A DNA stretch of 64,000 nt from an uncultured Nitrososphaerales archaeon (GCA_963713605.1 CAVQMO010000005.1:96001-160000), one strand, 5' to 3'. Numbered from the stretch's first letter, positions 47,518-59,848 are shown. Numbers and translations are program-made. Notes: generated by a model not told the origin, from the sequence alone.

Positions 47518-48761
47518 AATCATTCAGTTTAGAACACATGTCAAATCATAATTGATCGACAACCTGTTACCATTTTTCACTGTGTACAACTTTTGAATTG
47601 AGCCCTTTGATTTTTCCTATCATGGCAAGTCGTTGCATTATGCACTATCTATTTGACCAAAAATCATTTCTTACGACACAAGTTCAAAATTATCATCGAG
47701 TACGATATTCTCCATACACCAATTAATGAGTGGCGAGTAGACTGAGAGCCTCCGATCCTCTATGTCGAACTCAATCATCAAATTATTTTTCCTTTCGTAC
47801 TCAAAAGCTAACCTTTGGAATTTGTCATTCTTAAAAACAATATAAACGTCCTTCTCTCCTGCTGTTCACTATAGCGTTCGTTTCTTCATCCAAATATTCT
47901 GCAAATTCAAAGATATCTAGCTCTCTAAATTCTTCAATAAATCAAGGTGAACCTTAACCGCTGTCCTTTTTGTTTCGTTAGCCCGTATCCTCGTATCGCA
48001 ATTAATTCTCTAGCTATTCATTCTAATTGGGGTCTACTACGGTTTTTAATTGCTGGATTTTGAAAATATTGCATAAATAAATCTAGATTAGTATCTTATG
48101 CGCTAGTTTTATTCAGATTTGGAATACTTGTTTAGTCTTATAGTTATATTTTACGTATCCTAGAGATTATTATTACTTAAATGATATAAAAAAATGGATA
48201 GGAACTAGGGGATGCGGCAGGTTACGATATGGGTACTGTATGGATATAATTTAATAATTCACTCATTACCTTATGGATATGGAAAACGAAAATTTCTGAA
48301 TTCACAGAAGACTAAATTTTCCTACGTCTATTTTTAAGATTCTCTTAGTCGTTCCCAAGAGGTTCGTGTGGTGCTTCGGCAGGGGCGGCGATAACTCAGA
48401 TTCCAAACGCATCGTTGCAGATAAAGGATTTCAAGTTAGATAGTTGCACTGTAAAAACCAATATATATCGAAGTATCTTTATTGCCAAAATTGCTTCGTT
48501 CTTCATCAGCCCATTCCTAACTTGGCTGGAAAAGAGTTACGGAATCAAAAACCAATGCGGATTTGAGGTTCATTAAGCGTGACTTCAGTCGATTTATGGT
48601 TGATATTAGAATTGTTACATGAGCTGAACTCTGTCAATGTCAGGTAAGTGAAATGGATAAACTAGAATATGAGTATAAGAAAGGGGTTTCTGATGTGTTA
48701 CTATGTAATGATCTACTAGAAGTTCATCATAAAAAAGATATAATTCAAAGTATTATGTAGG

Positions 48762-48944
48762 TTGGTATTAACAGTGAGTAAAATCCGAACCCGAATATGT
48801 CACAGTTGCGGGGAAGAGAAGTTCATGGACTACGAACTCGAGAAAAAGTTAGGAACCAATATTCCAGTATGCCCTTGCTGCTATATTACAGCTGTTCTCG
48901 AATTGGATAAAGAAATTCATAATGAAACGCCAGTTGAACCTTAG
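48762..48944 (+). CDS. zinc-finger microprotein
   Basis: CHSCGE...VCPCCY. Confidence 0.55.
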   Translation: MVLTVSKIRTRICHSCGEEKFMDYELEKKLGTNIPVCPCCYITAVLELDKEIHNETPVEP

Positions 48945-49020
48945 CTATGCCCCCCACTATAGTAACAAGGCGATGAAACTCGATTAATGGTTGTACGATT
49001 GCAAACCTACAACCATTCGA

Positions 49021-49536
49021 TTATAGTAATCCACAATCACTTAGGCTATCAAGAATCGGTCTCAATTTAAGACCAATATCCTTTTCGTGCAAAACGAATT
49101 TACTATTCAATTGAAGGGCGATGGATAGCATGTTTCTGTCTTCTCTGGAGGTGTAAATTCCGTTTCCTATTATATTATATCTATCCGTATTAGATTTCAT
49201 CCACGTCTTCCATGTATCCATTCTTTTCAAATCTTCCTCCATCCTCCCATAAGCAAAATCTAAATCTACGTGTTCATCTTCGATGTCAAGAAGACCGAGT
49301 TTCACTAGCGGAACAAGAACCTCACCTCCAGGGACCTCTTTGTGCTCCTGGTTCATGGCCTCAATGATGGTCTCCTCATCCTCCTCTGTCTCATTACTTG
49401 ATTTCCGATCGGTTACAAATCCGTAGTTGGGAAAAAAGTACCCTGCTAAATCATTGCTCCTATCATATATCTTGTAAATCGTTTCCTCATATTCGATTTT
49501 CCATTTCTTTCTGTCCTTATCTCTCTTTAGGAACAC
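49021..49536 (-). CDS. hypothetical protein
   Basis: 171-aa acidic ORF; no recognised domain. Confidence 0.7.
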   Translation of the reverse strand: MFLKRDKDRKKWKIEYEETIYKIYDRSNDLAGYFFPNYGFVTDRKSSNETEEDEETIIEAMNQEHKEVPGGEVLVPLVKLGLLDIEDEHVDLDFAYGRMEEDLKRMDTWKTWMKSNTDRYNIIGNGIYTSREDRNMLSIALQLNSKFVLHEKDIGLKLRPILDSLSDCGLL

Positions 49537-49935
49537 GATATCGAAGGTATTTGTGAGCAGGCGATTTTAATCTTGTCCACGGTGTTGTGACTCTGCTTGT
49601 CTAATGTCGCGAATAGTGAGTTCGGCCCAGAATTCAGATCTACCAAATTCCATATATTGTGGCGGATGTCCCCCACAATATAGGAATAATTAAAGCATCT
49701 ATTTGTTTCAACGAGAAGTTTTTTTAATTAGGTTAGAGGAACTATTTTAATGTGGCTGGAACTGATGTGTCCTGTCCCTGAACTTAAAATCTAGGGGCTC
49801 GGCGCTTCAAAGGGGCCTCGTGCCGTTATGGTTTTCCGTTGAATTTAATGAACAATAACAAGATGTATACCTAAAAAATATTTGCTTTCGATATGAAAGA
49901 GAAGGGATCGAGGCCGAAGCTTTAATCATATTCCG

Positions 49936-50367
49936 TCAAGGTACTGATCTAAATATATCAGCGGATATAAAGTGAATCTGAAAAAGAGACCATTCAACTA
50001 TTGTTGCTCGTGAATTCAATCTATAAAATTCATAGGAGTGTTGCTTGGCTGTTTTGAACTTTAAAAGACATTTGTCGATCCTGACCAGCACTCTTATCAG
50101 TGATGTAATTAGTGATTTAACCGAAGAATAAAGTACCGGTTTGTTTTGCATAAGTATTCCACTCAATTTTTTGGATACCCAATTGAGGGCTTCAACCTGA
50201 TTTGCAATGTTCCATAATCGACTTGGATCCATATCGGTGTGCTGAAATTCCCATCTTTTCTGAGTAATTTGATCACTAACCACGGTATAAACTCGTTGAA
50301 TTACCAATTCATTAGCTCCTGGGTAGTATTGTTGTTGTTGCTGCTACTCCACGTTTGACCTAGGCAT
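49936..50367 (-). CDS. hypothetical protein (ATG at 50367 followed by an in-frame TAG at 50344-50346, or TTG start at 50307)
   Basis: ORF track 49936-50307; upstream frame MPRSNVE*QQQQQYYPGANE. Confidence 0.45.
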
Positions 50368-50729
50368 AAATGTAGATCATGAATTCGAGAATTTAAGATA
50401 TGGAATACCAATCCAGAAGGGGGAGGGGATACTTAAGTTCCCATTTACAGCAATAATGGTCAGTATTCCTTCCTTGAGTCCAATTCTACTCCTATTGGAA
50501 TCAAAAATGTGCCAAAGTGCTATCTTCACCTGGATGCAACTCTGGCACTAGCTGGGGTTAGCAGTTCAGGAGCTCCCCAGCGATAGAATTCGGGCATAAA
50601 AATAATTGTTGACTCCTATCTAATCAATACCCCAACTTGGTCACAGCTATGTATGTGATTTATCTATACTGGCTACAATGCATATGCCCATCGATGCATT
50701 GAGAGTTAAAATATTAGATATGATAACTC

Positions 50730-51014
50730 TCATGAATAGCTTTTGTGAACGTAACACCATCTCCACTGTTTGTTAGGTAAGGCTACCATGGTTGGGTGAC
50801 CGGTTCGCTCAAAGTGTTTAGTAGCATGAAGCCCTTCTGATGAATCGCAACAGCCCACATGACCGCACGTCAAACACATTCGTAATGCCACCCAGTCAGT
50901 ACCTTCTACTTCGCACTCCTGACATGACTTTGTACTAGGAGTTACTTTGCTTTCATCTAACCCGGCAAAATGTTCGCACCGACTCTCTTTGTCGGTTCCA
51001 CTAAGACCATACAT
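50730..51014 (-). CDS. UBP-type zinc-finger domain protein
   Basis: CEH...CQEC...WVALRMCLTCGHVGCCDSS..LHATKHF...HP...WRWCY. Confidence 0.9.
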   Translation of the reverse strand: MYGLSGTDKESRCEHFAGLDESKVTPSTKSCQECEVEGTDWVALRMCLTCGHVGCCDSSEGLHATKHFERTGHPTMVALPNKQWRWCYVHKSYS

Positions 51015-51156
51015 TAGAAAGACAATTGGTTAAGTGAAATTTATAAACTATTACCACAGAGCCATCCTCAGGTAGGACTTTATACTGTAGTCATTGGCGA
51101 GTGATTCATGCGACTATGCAGTGGGGCTAGAAGAAACAAGCGAATGCATGGGCACG

Positions 51157-51826
51157 TTAGTCTTCTGCACAACGCTTTACGGAGTGCTCCAGGTAAGTGC
51201 GAATTTGGTGAACTCTTCTATGTTCATAACTAGTCCATAATATCCACTTAACATTTTCTAAAGTCGACTGATAATGCTTTTCTATATTCGATGCTGTAGC
51301 ATCGGATATCAATATGACGTCATAACCCAGATTGAAGGCGTCTCTTAATGAGGATTCTACGGAGATTGAAGTATCTATTCCACAAAATATCAGAGTGTCT
51401 ACTCTTACACTCTTAAGCCATACTCCTATTTCGGTGTCATAGAATGCAGAATCACGTCGCTTTCTAATTACATGGTCTGAATCAGTTGGCTTTATTTCAT
51501 CCACGATCTCCGCATCCCAGAGTACCTCTCACACAAATGGGTTTCATTCTTATTCTTTCCTCACGAGATTTTGGAAGAATTCGGTGAACATTCGTTAGGA
51601 GATCAATTCCTGAGGGTTCGCGTATAGACTTGGGTATAAAAAATAGGAACCTTTGAGTTTCTACATACACTAATAAGTTTTGCAATCTTTGGAATAACAT
51701 TGATATACTTTGAAATATCGATACCCAATTGGTCGTAAGAACCACCTTTTGCCCAAAGCCATTTTGAACATCGATGACTAATAATGCGGGTCGAATTGTA
51801 TAGTCATTAACCTTCATAAATCTCAA
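51157..51826 (-). CDS. isochorismatase-family cysteine hydrolase (several frameshifts)
   Basis: ALLVIDVQNGF, CVRGT, IRKRRDSAFYDT, TLIFCGIDTSISVESSLRDAFNLGYDVILISDATAS; the usual catalytic Cys position reads Ser. Confidence 0.8.
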
Positions 51827-52828
51827 GCTGTTGTTAGGAATTCAACGTATGAAACCAAATATATTTGATCAAATTAGAAATTTCTCTGGCCATTCAATTA
51901 ATATAATAAGCCGCTTAAGTATTTGCAATATGATGGTTCCAATAATCTTGGAAATTTATTGCTTGCAACTTGTAATCGGCACTGATCAGCCAATAGCATT
52001 AATTAGTATAAGAGCGTGATCGAACTGTCGTTAATTAGCATAAGACCTTGATATCGCGTTCACAGAAAATCAAAATAGAATGCAGTAAAATTAACAGAAA
52101 CTTGAATAGGACAGTTGGGCAATCAATAAATCATCAATTTCTGTGTCATTATTACATTGAGACAAATCTTGTTAAGGAATCAGTTCTCTATCTTTAATCT
52201 ATTTTGGTGAAAGTTATACACTATTCAAGCTTATAACACGCATTTGCCGATCCTTCAAAGTAGAACGATATGGAATTTAAGACTGTTTAATTTCGACCCT
52301 TATTGGCATAGCGCTGAACTCATCAATTTCATTTATCACCTTGCTGCCTCCTCATACTAACATTCTTTTCTATGCCTCCAGTTATCAATCGGTACTCCAT
52401 ATCGCAAATGTTACACCTGTAAACCGTGAGATCTTCGGAAGTGAAACTTATAGCTGTCAATCTACTACAATTGACACATGTAAAATCCATATCTTTCACC
52501 TGTTAAATGCAGAGAGGGAGTTATTATGTTTATATGTCTAGATCATGAATAAGTATACTATTGATGAGTTTTCTAGTACCTTATACCAACTAGTGGAGAC
52601 CATTTCTTTTTGACCCGCCAGTCTATATCAATGACTACTCAGCATAAAACGTTTATAGATACTATATCCGTCTTTATTGAAATTAATAGTTATATTCAGC
52701 TATATCTATCTTATTTCAGATTCAAAAATACACAAATCATGAGCAGAGGAGTTCTAGAATAATATTATATAACTCATATTTAGTAGACTTATTAAGTACC
52801 TAAATGATCTTATCACATAGTATAGAAA

Positions 52829-53305
52829 GTGGCTACGGAGGCAATTATTCAGAATCAATTAGTCCTGAAGTTCTCTATGATGGGTATTGTTGCGGTTACT
52901 GCTGTTGTGCTGGCTTTCCTGTCATTACCTGAGATGGTGCCAGGTCAGGTGTCAGCTCAGATAACCCCATCGTCAAATGTAGAATCTTCAAATACTGGTA
53001 TAGGTTTTATGGCACAGAATTCAGCTGAGCCGGTGCAAAATAGTACTAGTGCGAACATAACCCAACTTGCTACTATCCCTTCAGCAGCTAATCAGCCAAT
53101 CACCCCCGCAACTTTTACTCCAATAAGTGAAGGAAATGTAGACTCTGACGATAGTTCTAGCAGCAATGATGACGACGAAAGCGATAGTGGTAGCAGCGAC
53201 AATAACAGTGATGATAGCGATGATAGTGATAATAGCGATGATGACGGAGACGGAGGTAGCAGCGCATCTGCAGGAGGGGGAGGAGCATTCGCATTTGCAG
53301 GTTAG
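52829..53305 (+). CDS. secreted low-complexity protein with acidic Ser/Asp tract
   Basis: Signal peptide ending VSAQ; DSDD..SSNDDDESD tract; C-terminus GGSSASAGGGGAFAFAG. Confidence 0.7.
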   Translation: MATEAIIQNQLVLKFSMMGIVAVTAVVLAFLSLPEMVPGQVSAQITPSSNVESSNTGIGFMAQNSAEPVQNSTSANITQLATIPSAANQPITPATFTPISEGNVDSDDSSSSNDDDESDSGSSDNNSDDSDDSDNSDDDGDGGSSASAGGGGAFAFAG

Positions 53306-53471
53306 TGGAATCTCTACTAGGAACCTGCTGACGCAATTGCTTCCCATTATTCACTTTTTCAGATTGCAATAGAACCCTTGATAATCTGGGAATTGGAATT
53401 AACTCAGTAATACTTTCTGTCGCTAACATATTCTGATAAATCGATACGAGTTCATCAAATAACACTTGATG

Positions 53472-53750
53472 CTACCCGCTTGAAACAGTAGGAAGCCCTG
53501 GGGGAGAGAACTCTTTACCTGTAGCCATTGAGACTCTTGTTATCCACTCACAATTAATCCCTACTTTGTTATGGTGTTTTACAACCGCCTCCTCATCAGG
53601 GGCATCGAGTAGGCAGAAGCAAACGTTTGCATCATGATTATAGAAGAGGTTAACATGGCTCACACCAAATTCGTCTTTGGGAGAGTGTACCAATTCCTTC
53701 AGTTGGTCTTCCTTAAAGGGCACTTTATGAACGTCCAAATAAGTAGGCAA
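53472..53750 (-). CDS. DUF4242 (SCO4226-like nickel-binding) protein
   Basis: MPTYLDVH...FGVSH..LFYN....VCFCLLDAPDEEAVVKHH..VG..CEWI..V. Confidence 0.8.
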   Translation of the reverse strand: MPTYLDVHKVPFKEDQLKELVHSPKDEFGVSHVNLFYNHDANVCFCLLDAPDEEAVVKHHNKVGINCEWITRVSMATGKEFSPPGLPTVSSG

Positions 53751-53977
53751 ATCAGGGTATTACCTCCACTATAAGAGTTATAAGTGCTTTCTTGTTGGAT
53801 TATACGCATTAGATAATACGATCAAATATCCCCGAATGCCCAATTTCTAAACGTTAATCATTGATCCGTCTACTTTCAAACTGCCTTTTGATAAGCATTT
53901 ATATCTTTAGGATGAGGTAAAGAACTCAAGGTTCATTATATCTGCCTTCCACTGATTCAAATACCATTTCTGAGGAT

Positions 53978-55072
53978 TTGGGTAATGGTTATGATTTAAC
54001 GGAGGTAATGGGAGTGATTTCTAGAATCGTTTCCTCGGCGGTAAGGAATTATAATTGCATATTCGATGATGATTGGTTGGCTGTGCTTCTCGATGATTCA
54101 TTACTTTGGAACGAGCAAGTTCAACTAAAGTTCAGGCATGTCGCTTCTCGTTTTATAACGAGAATAAATCAGGAAAATCTAGAGCATTGCACTAGATTGA
54201 TGAAATACGTAGAGTTAAGGCACATCGATAACGTTACTGGTTACCTCGGAATAAAAGACCTCGATGAGCAATTTATCTATGTCTCAAGGGGATTAGAGAA
54301 CATTGCCGTTGAATCAACCAAACTGAACAATCCAGAATCTGATTTGATTCTCTCAACTAACCAATCGTTCATCCAGATGCAAAGCTACTTTTTTGAGAGA
54401 GTTTGGAGCGTGGCAACTCCTGCAATGCAAAAGATCGCAGAAATTGAAAGAGGTGTTTCTCAACATAATATGCCAAAGGAGCTACCAACCAATCCTTCAG
54501 AGATAAGTGATGCCGTGACAGAAATTATAGCGTCATCAAGAAGTGAAATTCTGGTTGTGTTTCCCAATGCAAATACGTTTTGGTGCGCAGAGAGCGCAGG
54601 AGTGATAGCATTGCTGGGGGATAAAATTAAACATAACGTCGTAGTCAGGGCGATCGTGCACATTGACAAAGATGAGGGTGAGGTCGAAACCATAAAAGAA
54701 AGGATTAGAGATGCATTGAGAAGCAAAAGTAATGACCTTTATGCAAATATATCTTTCCTGACTAGGGAATTGAGAGATATGAGAAACATGTTTTTTATTG
54801 TTGATCAGGTTGCATTACTCTCAGTAGATATAGTCGATAGCACGAAAAAGATGCTCGCAGAGATACTTGGTAAGGCTACGTTCTCCAATAATGAAACGAG
54901 GATTTCTGCTACAATTTCCGTATTTGATACTTTGTGGATCCAGTCGGAACTTGATAAGCAGAGTCATGCCAAGCAGGCCTATTTTAATATCTTTAAGGGA
55001 TTTAGATTGCGACAAGAAGAATACAGGCGAAAATGGCTTTTTGAGCAAAAAGGAGCAAGGAAACCTAACTAA
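53978..55072 (+). CDS. kinase-less protein made of TrmB/PLD-like sensor domains
   Basis: RFITRINQENLEHC..LMKYVELRHIDNVTG...FFERVW...PA..KI.EIE.G and FDTLW resemble the N-terminus of kinase 31425-33596; no H-box or ATPase domain. Confidence 0.75.
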   Translation: MGNGYDLTEVMGVISRIVSSAVRNYNCIFDDDWLAVLLDDSLLWNEQVQLKFRHVASRFITRINQENLEHCTRLMKYVELRHIDNVTGYLGIKDLDEQFIYVSRGLENIAVESTKLNNPESDLILSTNQSFIQMQSYFFERVWSVATPAMQKIAEIERGVSQHNMPKELPTNPSEISDAVTEIIASSRSEILVVFPNANTFWCAESAGVIALLGDKIKHNVVVRAIVHIDKDEGEVETIKERIRDALRSKSNDLYANISFLTRELRDMRNMFFIVDQVALLSVDIVDSTKKMLAEILGKATFSNNETRISATISVFDTLWIQSELDKQSHAKQAYFNIFKGFRLRQEEYRRKWLFEQKGARKPN

Positions 55073-55299
55073 TTATGATATGATGTTCTGGGGTTATCAT
55101 GAATCTCCAACAGATTGACTGACACTCACTCCAAGGTCATTCAGCCCACCAATGAGAATTAAGGTGACTTACATTTTAATAACGGTCACACCTACTTCAC
55201 TAGTTGAATACAGTATCCCAGAAATTATCTTCTGATAAGAAGTCTAATATCATTTAGTCTGATCTTAAATAAATATAGATCGAGGATATAGGAAATTCA

Positions 55300-55491
55300 A
55301 TGTTCTCTGAAACATCCGGAAACAAAGACCGAAGTACATATGTTTGTCCCCGCTGCAATTCTAAAGTATTAAGTATCTTGAACCATCCAGTCAAACAGAA
55401 CATGGTGATCGAAACTGCGAATTGCCCTCAATGTAATCTGGTGTGGCAAGATCAATGGATCTTGCCAGTGTTTCCTGTCTCTAAAAGGTAG
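55300..55491 (+). CDS. zinc-ribbon microprotein
   Basis: VCPRCNS...NCPQCNLVW. Confidence 0.6.
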   Translation: MFSETSGNKDRSTYVCPRCNSKVLSILNHPVKQNMVIETANCPQCNLVWQDQWILPVFPVSKR

Positions 55492-56761
55492 AATTGTAAC
55501 AACACAATAGGTGTGTATAGACCGATGGTCGCATGAAAGGTTCACCGTTTTTGGTAACACGGGTCAGAATTTCATTTGGCAATTATAACTCTTCTTGTTC
55601 ACAAGGTAATGTGGTAACAATATACAACTTCAAAGGCTGTTTCAATGGTATCGGTGCCCGAAATAACTCACTGTAGGAGCTACATCTAACCAATGTGTTT
55701 TAGTGTTCTGGCGTCAGAATTCGACCAGTCGCTGTTGAGATTGGAACATGTCTAGACCATAGTTGCTAATGATCATAAAACTTCGAGATATTACAATCTA
55801 AGTGTACGCGATTTGTTTGGCATAGTTGTAGAGAAGTAATAACAATGTGAGAATTCAAATCTTTAAGAGTTGCAATTGGGGAATTCAGATACGAGGTCCA
55901 TTGATAGAAATAGTCTGGGTAAAGTCGACATAGGTGAATCCAAGGAGTTGAAAGATAACTGCAATAATTTGGATCTGGACTTTCCTTCTTAAGACTGAGT
56001 ATTCCTTCACTATTGTTGAAAGTTAGAATGGCATCAATATTCCATCTAGTGTACACGAGATCACAGTGTCCTTCTTCGATGGAACAAATCATGTAATCGA
56101 AAACTATGCGATTTGGACAATCTTTTCATCTTCATTTCGTATCCTGGATTTCCTAGTCTGCGGTGGATTTTTCTAGCAGAGCACTCAAAGATACAAGAAA
56201 TGCTATATAACATTACATCTGAAAATTGACAACTAATTCAGTGGGAATCTCATCCAGGTTGTTGATCTGCGTTGGCACCTACAGTCCTAATACGAAATGG
56301 ATCCTCCATCTTTTTGCTACAGTAGCAAAACTCAGCAGGGTAATGCTGTGAGCAATTCTATTCCGCTCAAAGGTTGCACGACGATCCTTGAATCATAATC
56401 TGTTAAGTCAACGTCGTCAGATTCAGGTGGTCGAGAAGGAATATTCCTCACTACAAACCTAGCTGAAATTTAAGTGTCAGTTCGGACTAATTAACAATGG
56501 TGTCTATAAATTAATATTAACTTTATCTGGTCATACTTACAGAGCGAATAAAGATGATTCACCAGAATTCCAAAGTATTTTCGGGCACAACAGATTTGTC
56601 TCAAACACCTAATAGGTTGTATCGATATATTTCTGCAGATGATCTAGTCAATTCCGAATCTTACAAAAATCTGACTTCACCGGATCCAAATCTCACTGTA
56701 CCATCACGATCGGAGAAAGCAGACTACAAAAAATACTGAGCCTTCCAAGGTAGGGGCTGAA

Positions 56762-57174
56762 TTGGACAATGTTATCAAACAGGTTCTAGTAATAGATGAC
56801 GACATAGACAGTGCCATCGCAATTAGGACATGCCTTGAGAGCTGACTTCAAGAAAGATGCTCAAGGATCAGAATTTCAGGTAATGGAAGTTACTATGTAC
56901 TCAAACCCAGTAACGGCCATGGAAGATTTCAGACCATATTACTACGATCTCCTACTTGTTGATATTAATATGCCTACTGTGAATGGCTATGAGTGTAGTT
57001 GACAAAATAATAAAGCTTGATTTCAACATTAAGGTTTGCTTTATGTCATCTGGAGAAGTGAATTATGAAGCCATACGAGAAATCCGTCATCCTGTTAATA
57101 GTTTTGGCTGCTTTATAAAGAAACCAGCAACTAGAGACTATCTAATAAATCGTATGGTACAGGAACTATTCTAG
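56762..57174 (+). CDS. stand-alone response regulator receiver (two frameshifts; may start upstream at 56554)
   Basis: VLVIDDDID / YSNPV.A.EDFRPYYYDLLLVDINMPTVNGYE / KVCFMSS...FIKKP. Confidence 0.8.
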
Positions 57175-57604
57175 ATCCCAGCATCCATCTAGTGGAGGGA
57201 CGAGAGTCGCTGTCTTCAATTGACAGGCATCAAAAATTATTCTATTCCGCTTAATTCGCTTCGTATTCTAAGGAATATTCAATGCTCCAGCTAATCGAGA
57301 ATTGCTGATTACAGTTAAGGCAGTGGTGTCTATATCTCTTATGGACAAACTGCACAACGATTATCCGGAGTAACTCCGGTCACTGTGTTTACCCACATTA
57401 AACTTGTATCGCGATAAATACTACTTAATCATTTGTTAGAAATATTTTCTAGTATGATTCGATACGCTAGACAGATGACCCGTTACGTTAATCTGCTAAC
57501 GTCTCATGTACACCTAGAGATATCAAAGAACACATACCGCTTTAACTAGATGTATCGTTAATTAGCATACCTGGCCAAATTTTTATGACCAACCCGGTCA
57601 CGAG

Positions 57605-58960
57605 TCATCGTCCACTCGATTTGTGTTTATCAACTTCCTGCAATACTTCTAAAAGGTACTGCTTAATATCCTGCTGTTCAATAGAAGATTGAATACCAGA
57701 TTTTTTCTCAAGTTCCATTCTCTGTTCCTTTACGACGTTCTCCAAGTCAAAAGCTTTTGCTTGAACCTTCTTCTCCATTTGAGCGTTCCCAATATTGCTT
57801 AGAAATCCTGAATCTGTTTTCGTCAATTCTCTAATAGACTGTCTTAGCCTGATATCCTGGGATATAGAGACCGCTGTTGAATAAAGCCCCATAATGACCA
57901 TTGATGCAGAAAGAGCCAAAATCGAGAAACTCGCGAAACCAAAAGGGGGATATGATGCTGCCGAAACCCCACCTACATCAGATATCATTTGAAAAACGAA
58001 TCCAAATGAACACAATTGGAGATAGCCTGCAACAGACTTGTTTGGACTAAGTGCTTTGGACACACGCCAAAAAGCGAATCCTAACAATAATCCTCCTACG
58101 ACTCCATTAAGTGAAACATATAGATAATAGTTAAAGAAGTCAGAGTCTGATTCCGGAACATATAATCCAAGTGTATCTATTAAAGTACTAACATAATACA
58201 CCAAAGGTAGTAAAAGAAGCGTCCAAAATTTGATTCGGCCTATCTTGGCCGCGTAATGATGTAACAGTGTCGCTGAGCCAACTACAAGCAGTAAAAATCC
58301 CCCTGTCGCAGCGTAGTCATAAAAGTCTCTAAAGAACGCCTCTGAACTATTTGGATGAAATGTGTCGGACGTGTAGATCACCTCAGAATCAGCTGTTACA
58401 ACCTGGTTCTTCTCGGATAAATAATACGTTCCATAGATGAGGAGATAGCTGTATGTATAGGCGCTAATTGCAAATGCTGTCGCAAAGACCAATGCCAAGT
58501 AAGAATTCCTATTGAATCTGTACCAGTCAACCAACGTCAGAGTGGATATAACCATTACCGTCGCGCCCGCGGAGTAACCTATCAACGCAGCCAAAATCAG
58601 GAAAATAGTGTAATATTCGGAAAAAATGATAATCTGACTGAGAATCAATCCATATATTCCTATCATCGCCAACTGCGCCGCTATTGAAATACCGTAGACG
58701 ATCCGAAGTTTCAAAGAGTTGGTTCTAATATCAGAAGTAATATACTTCATTAAGCGTATAAGGATAAAGGAAATAAGGATCAATACTGCAAAAAAGCATA
58801 GAAACAGGGCGATACCTTCAAATGATGTTGTCTGTTCTATGAGAAAATCTGCAACTTGGCTAATTGAAGCGTCAACAGCAAATACGACAACCGCTGTTGC
58901 AAAAATTATGAAAAAAGTTGAATTCCCCATTCGGTGGGAATTTTTCAGTTGCTCTGTCAA
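57605..58960 (-). CDS. ~10-TM membrane protein with cytoplasmic C-terminal domain (candidate peptide receptor 1)
   Basis: About ten hydrophobic segments; motifs WYRFNR, HHY..KIG.IKFW, YPPFGFA, SISQD..LRQSIR, GI.SS....DIKQY..EV shared with 60052-61418. Confidence 0.85.
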   Translation of the reverse strand: MTEQLKNSHRMGNSTFFIIFATAVVVFAVDASISQVADFLIEQTTSFEGIALFLCFFAVLILISFILIRLMKYITSDIRTNSLKLRIVYGISIAAQLAMIGIYGLILSQIIIFSEYYTIFLILAALIGYSAGATVMVISTLTLVDWYRFNRNSYLALVFATAFAISAYTYSYLLIYGTYYLSEKNQVVTADSEVIYTSDTFHPNSSEAFFRDFYDYAATGGFLLLVVGSATLLHHYAAKIGRIKFWTLLLLPLVYYVSTLIDTLGLYVPESDSDFFNYYLYVSLNGVVGGLLLGFAFWRVSKALSPNKSVAGYLQLCSFGFVFQMISDVGGVSAASYPPFGFASFSILALSASMVIMGLYSTAVSISQDIRLRQSIRELTKTDSGFLSNIGNAQMEKKVQAKAFDLENVVKEQRMELEKKSGIQSSIEQQDIKQYLLEVLQEVDKHKSSGR

Positions 58961-58974
58961 CGAATTTTTGCTTG

Positions 58975-59187
58975 TTACCCTCTACCTTGATACCCTGAAA
59001 TAGATCCTTCATCTACAGCAGTCATGTTTGCCCCACCTGTAGAATTCGTACTAGCGCTTTGATTAGCCATAGTTGTAGCGTTGTTCTGTGCAAAAGAGTC
59101 TGCTGTCAAATTCGTCACCAAGCTAACACTAAAGGTCAATGCCAAGGCGATCGTTAGAGCTGTCAATGCCGTCTTACAATTCTTCAT
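58975..59187 (-). CDS. 70-aa secreted pre-peptide 1
   Basis: Signal peptide ending SFAQ; NxT/NxS-rich spacer; C-terminus NMTAVDEGSISG-YQGRG*; stop 14 nt before the membrane protein gene. Confidence 0.8.
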   Translation of the reverse strand: MKNCKTALTALTIALALTFSVSLVTNLTADSFAQNNATTMANQSASTNSTGGANMTAVDEGSISGYQGRG

Positions 59188-59209
59188 AACAAATAGATTA
59201 TTTGACTGG

Positions 59210-59217
59210 TATAAAAA
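59210..59217 (-). promoter_or_regulatory. TATA box of the leaderless peptide-1 operon
   Basis: TTTTTATA on the minus strand, 22 nt upstream of the ATG at 59187. Confidence 0.6.
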
Positions 59218-59818
59218 CGGTTTTGTATGCAGAAAAGTTTTTTTTAAGATTCCCCGAAAATGGAAATTCTACTCCATCCAATTCAGTGCTGTTTATATCC
59301 CTTGATGTAAGGTTGTACGGTCCAAGTCCAACTACTTTGGTTAATTGTCCCTAATGTCATTCTGCGCGTATAAGATGGCGCTAGAGCACTAAAGAAGAAT
59401 ATTCCGCTGACATTGGACACAATAGTACTTGGGATGTTTAAATAAGCTTCGACAACTGATTCGTCTTTATGCGTAAATCCTTAATCCATGTTGTTTTTGG
59501 AGGAGTTGCTGAGGAGGCACATCCTAATGCAAATACAAAAAATATATACTATGCATTGAGAATTTTTTTAATTATGAATTGCTCACAAAAATCAACGGTA
59601 AGGCCAGCCTATATGTGAAATGTTACCACTTTAGAAATGCGAAATTTGAAAGCAACTAATATTTTAGAGTCATTAATCTGGGTTGTTGACAAGCATAGGT
59701 ATACGTCAATCATTGTGTTAATAGCCTCCTCATAACCGGTACCGTAACTGGATTGTTTGAAGATTCTTCGCATTAAGGCAGTCAATAAACCGGCACTTGG
59801 CGTTTTGTAGACTGAAGC

Positions 59819-59826
59819 TTTATATA
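59819..59826 (+). promoter_or_regulatory. TATA box of the leaderless peptide-2 operon
   Basis: TTTATATA, 22 nt upstream of the ATG at 59849. Confidence 0.6.
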
Positions 59827-59848
59827 CTCACGCTCTGCTCGTAAAGCA

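Noticed and set aside
48360..49830. GC-rich patches (48360-48410, 49793-49826) considered as tRNA or att remnants
   Set aside because: No cloverleaf, T-loop consensus or direct-repeat partner was found.
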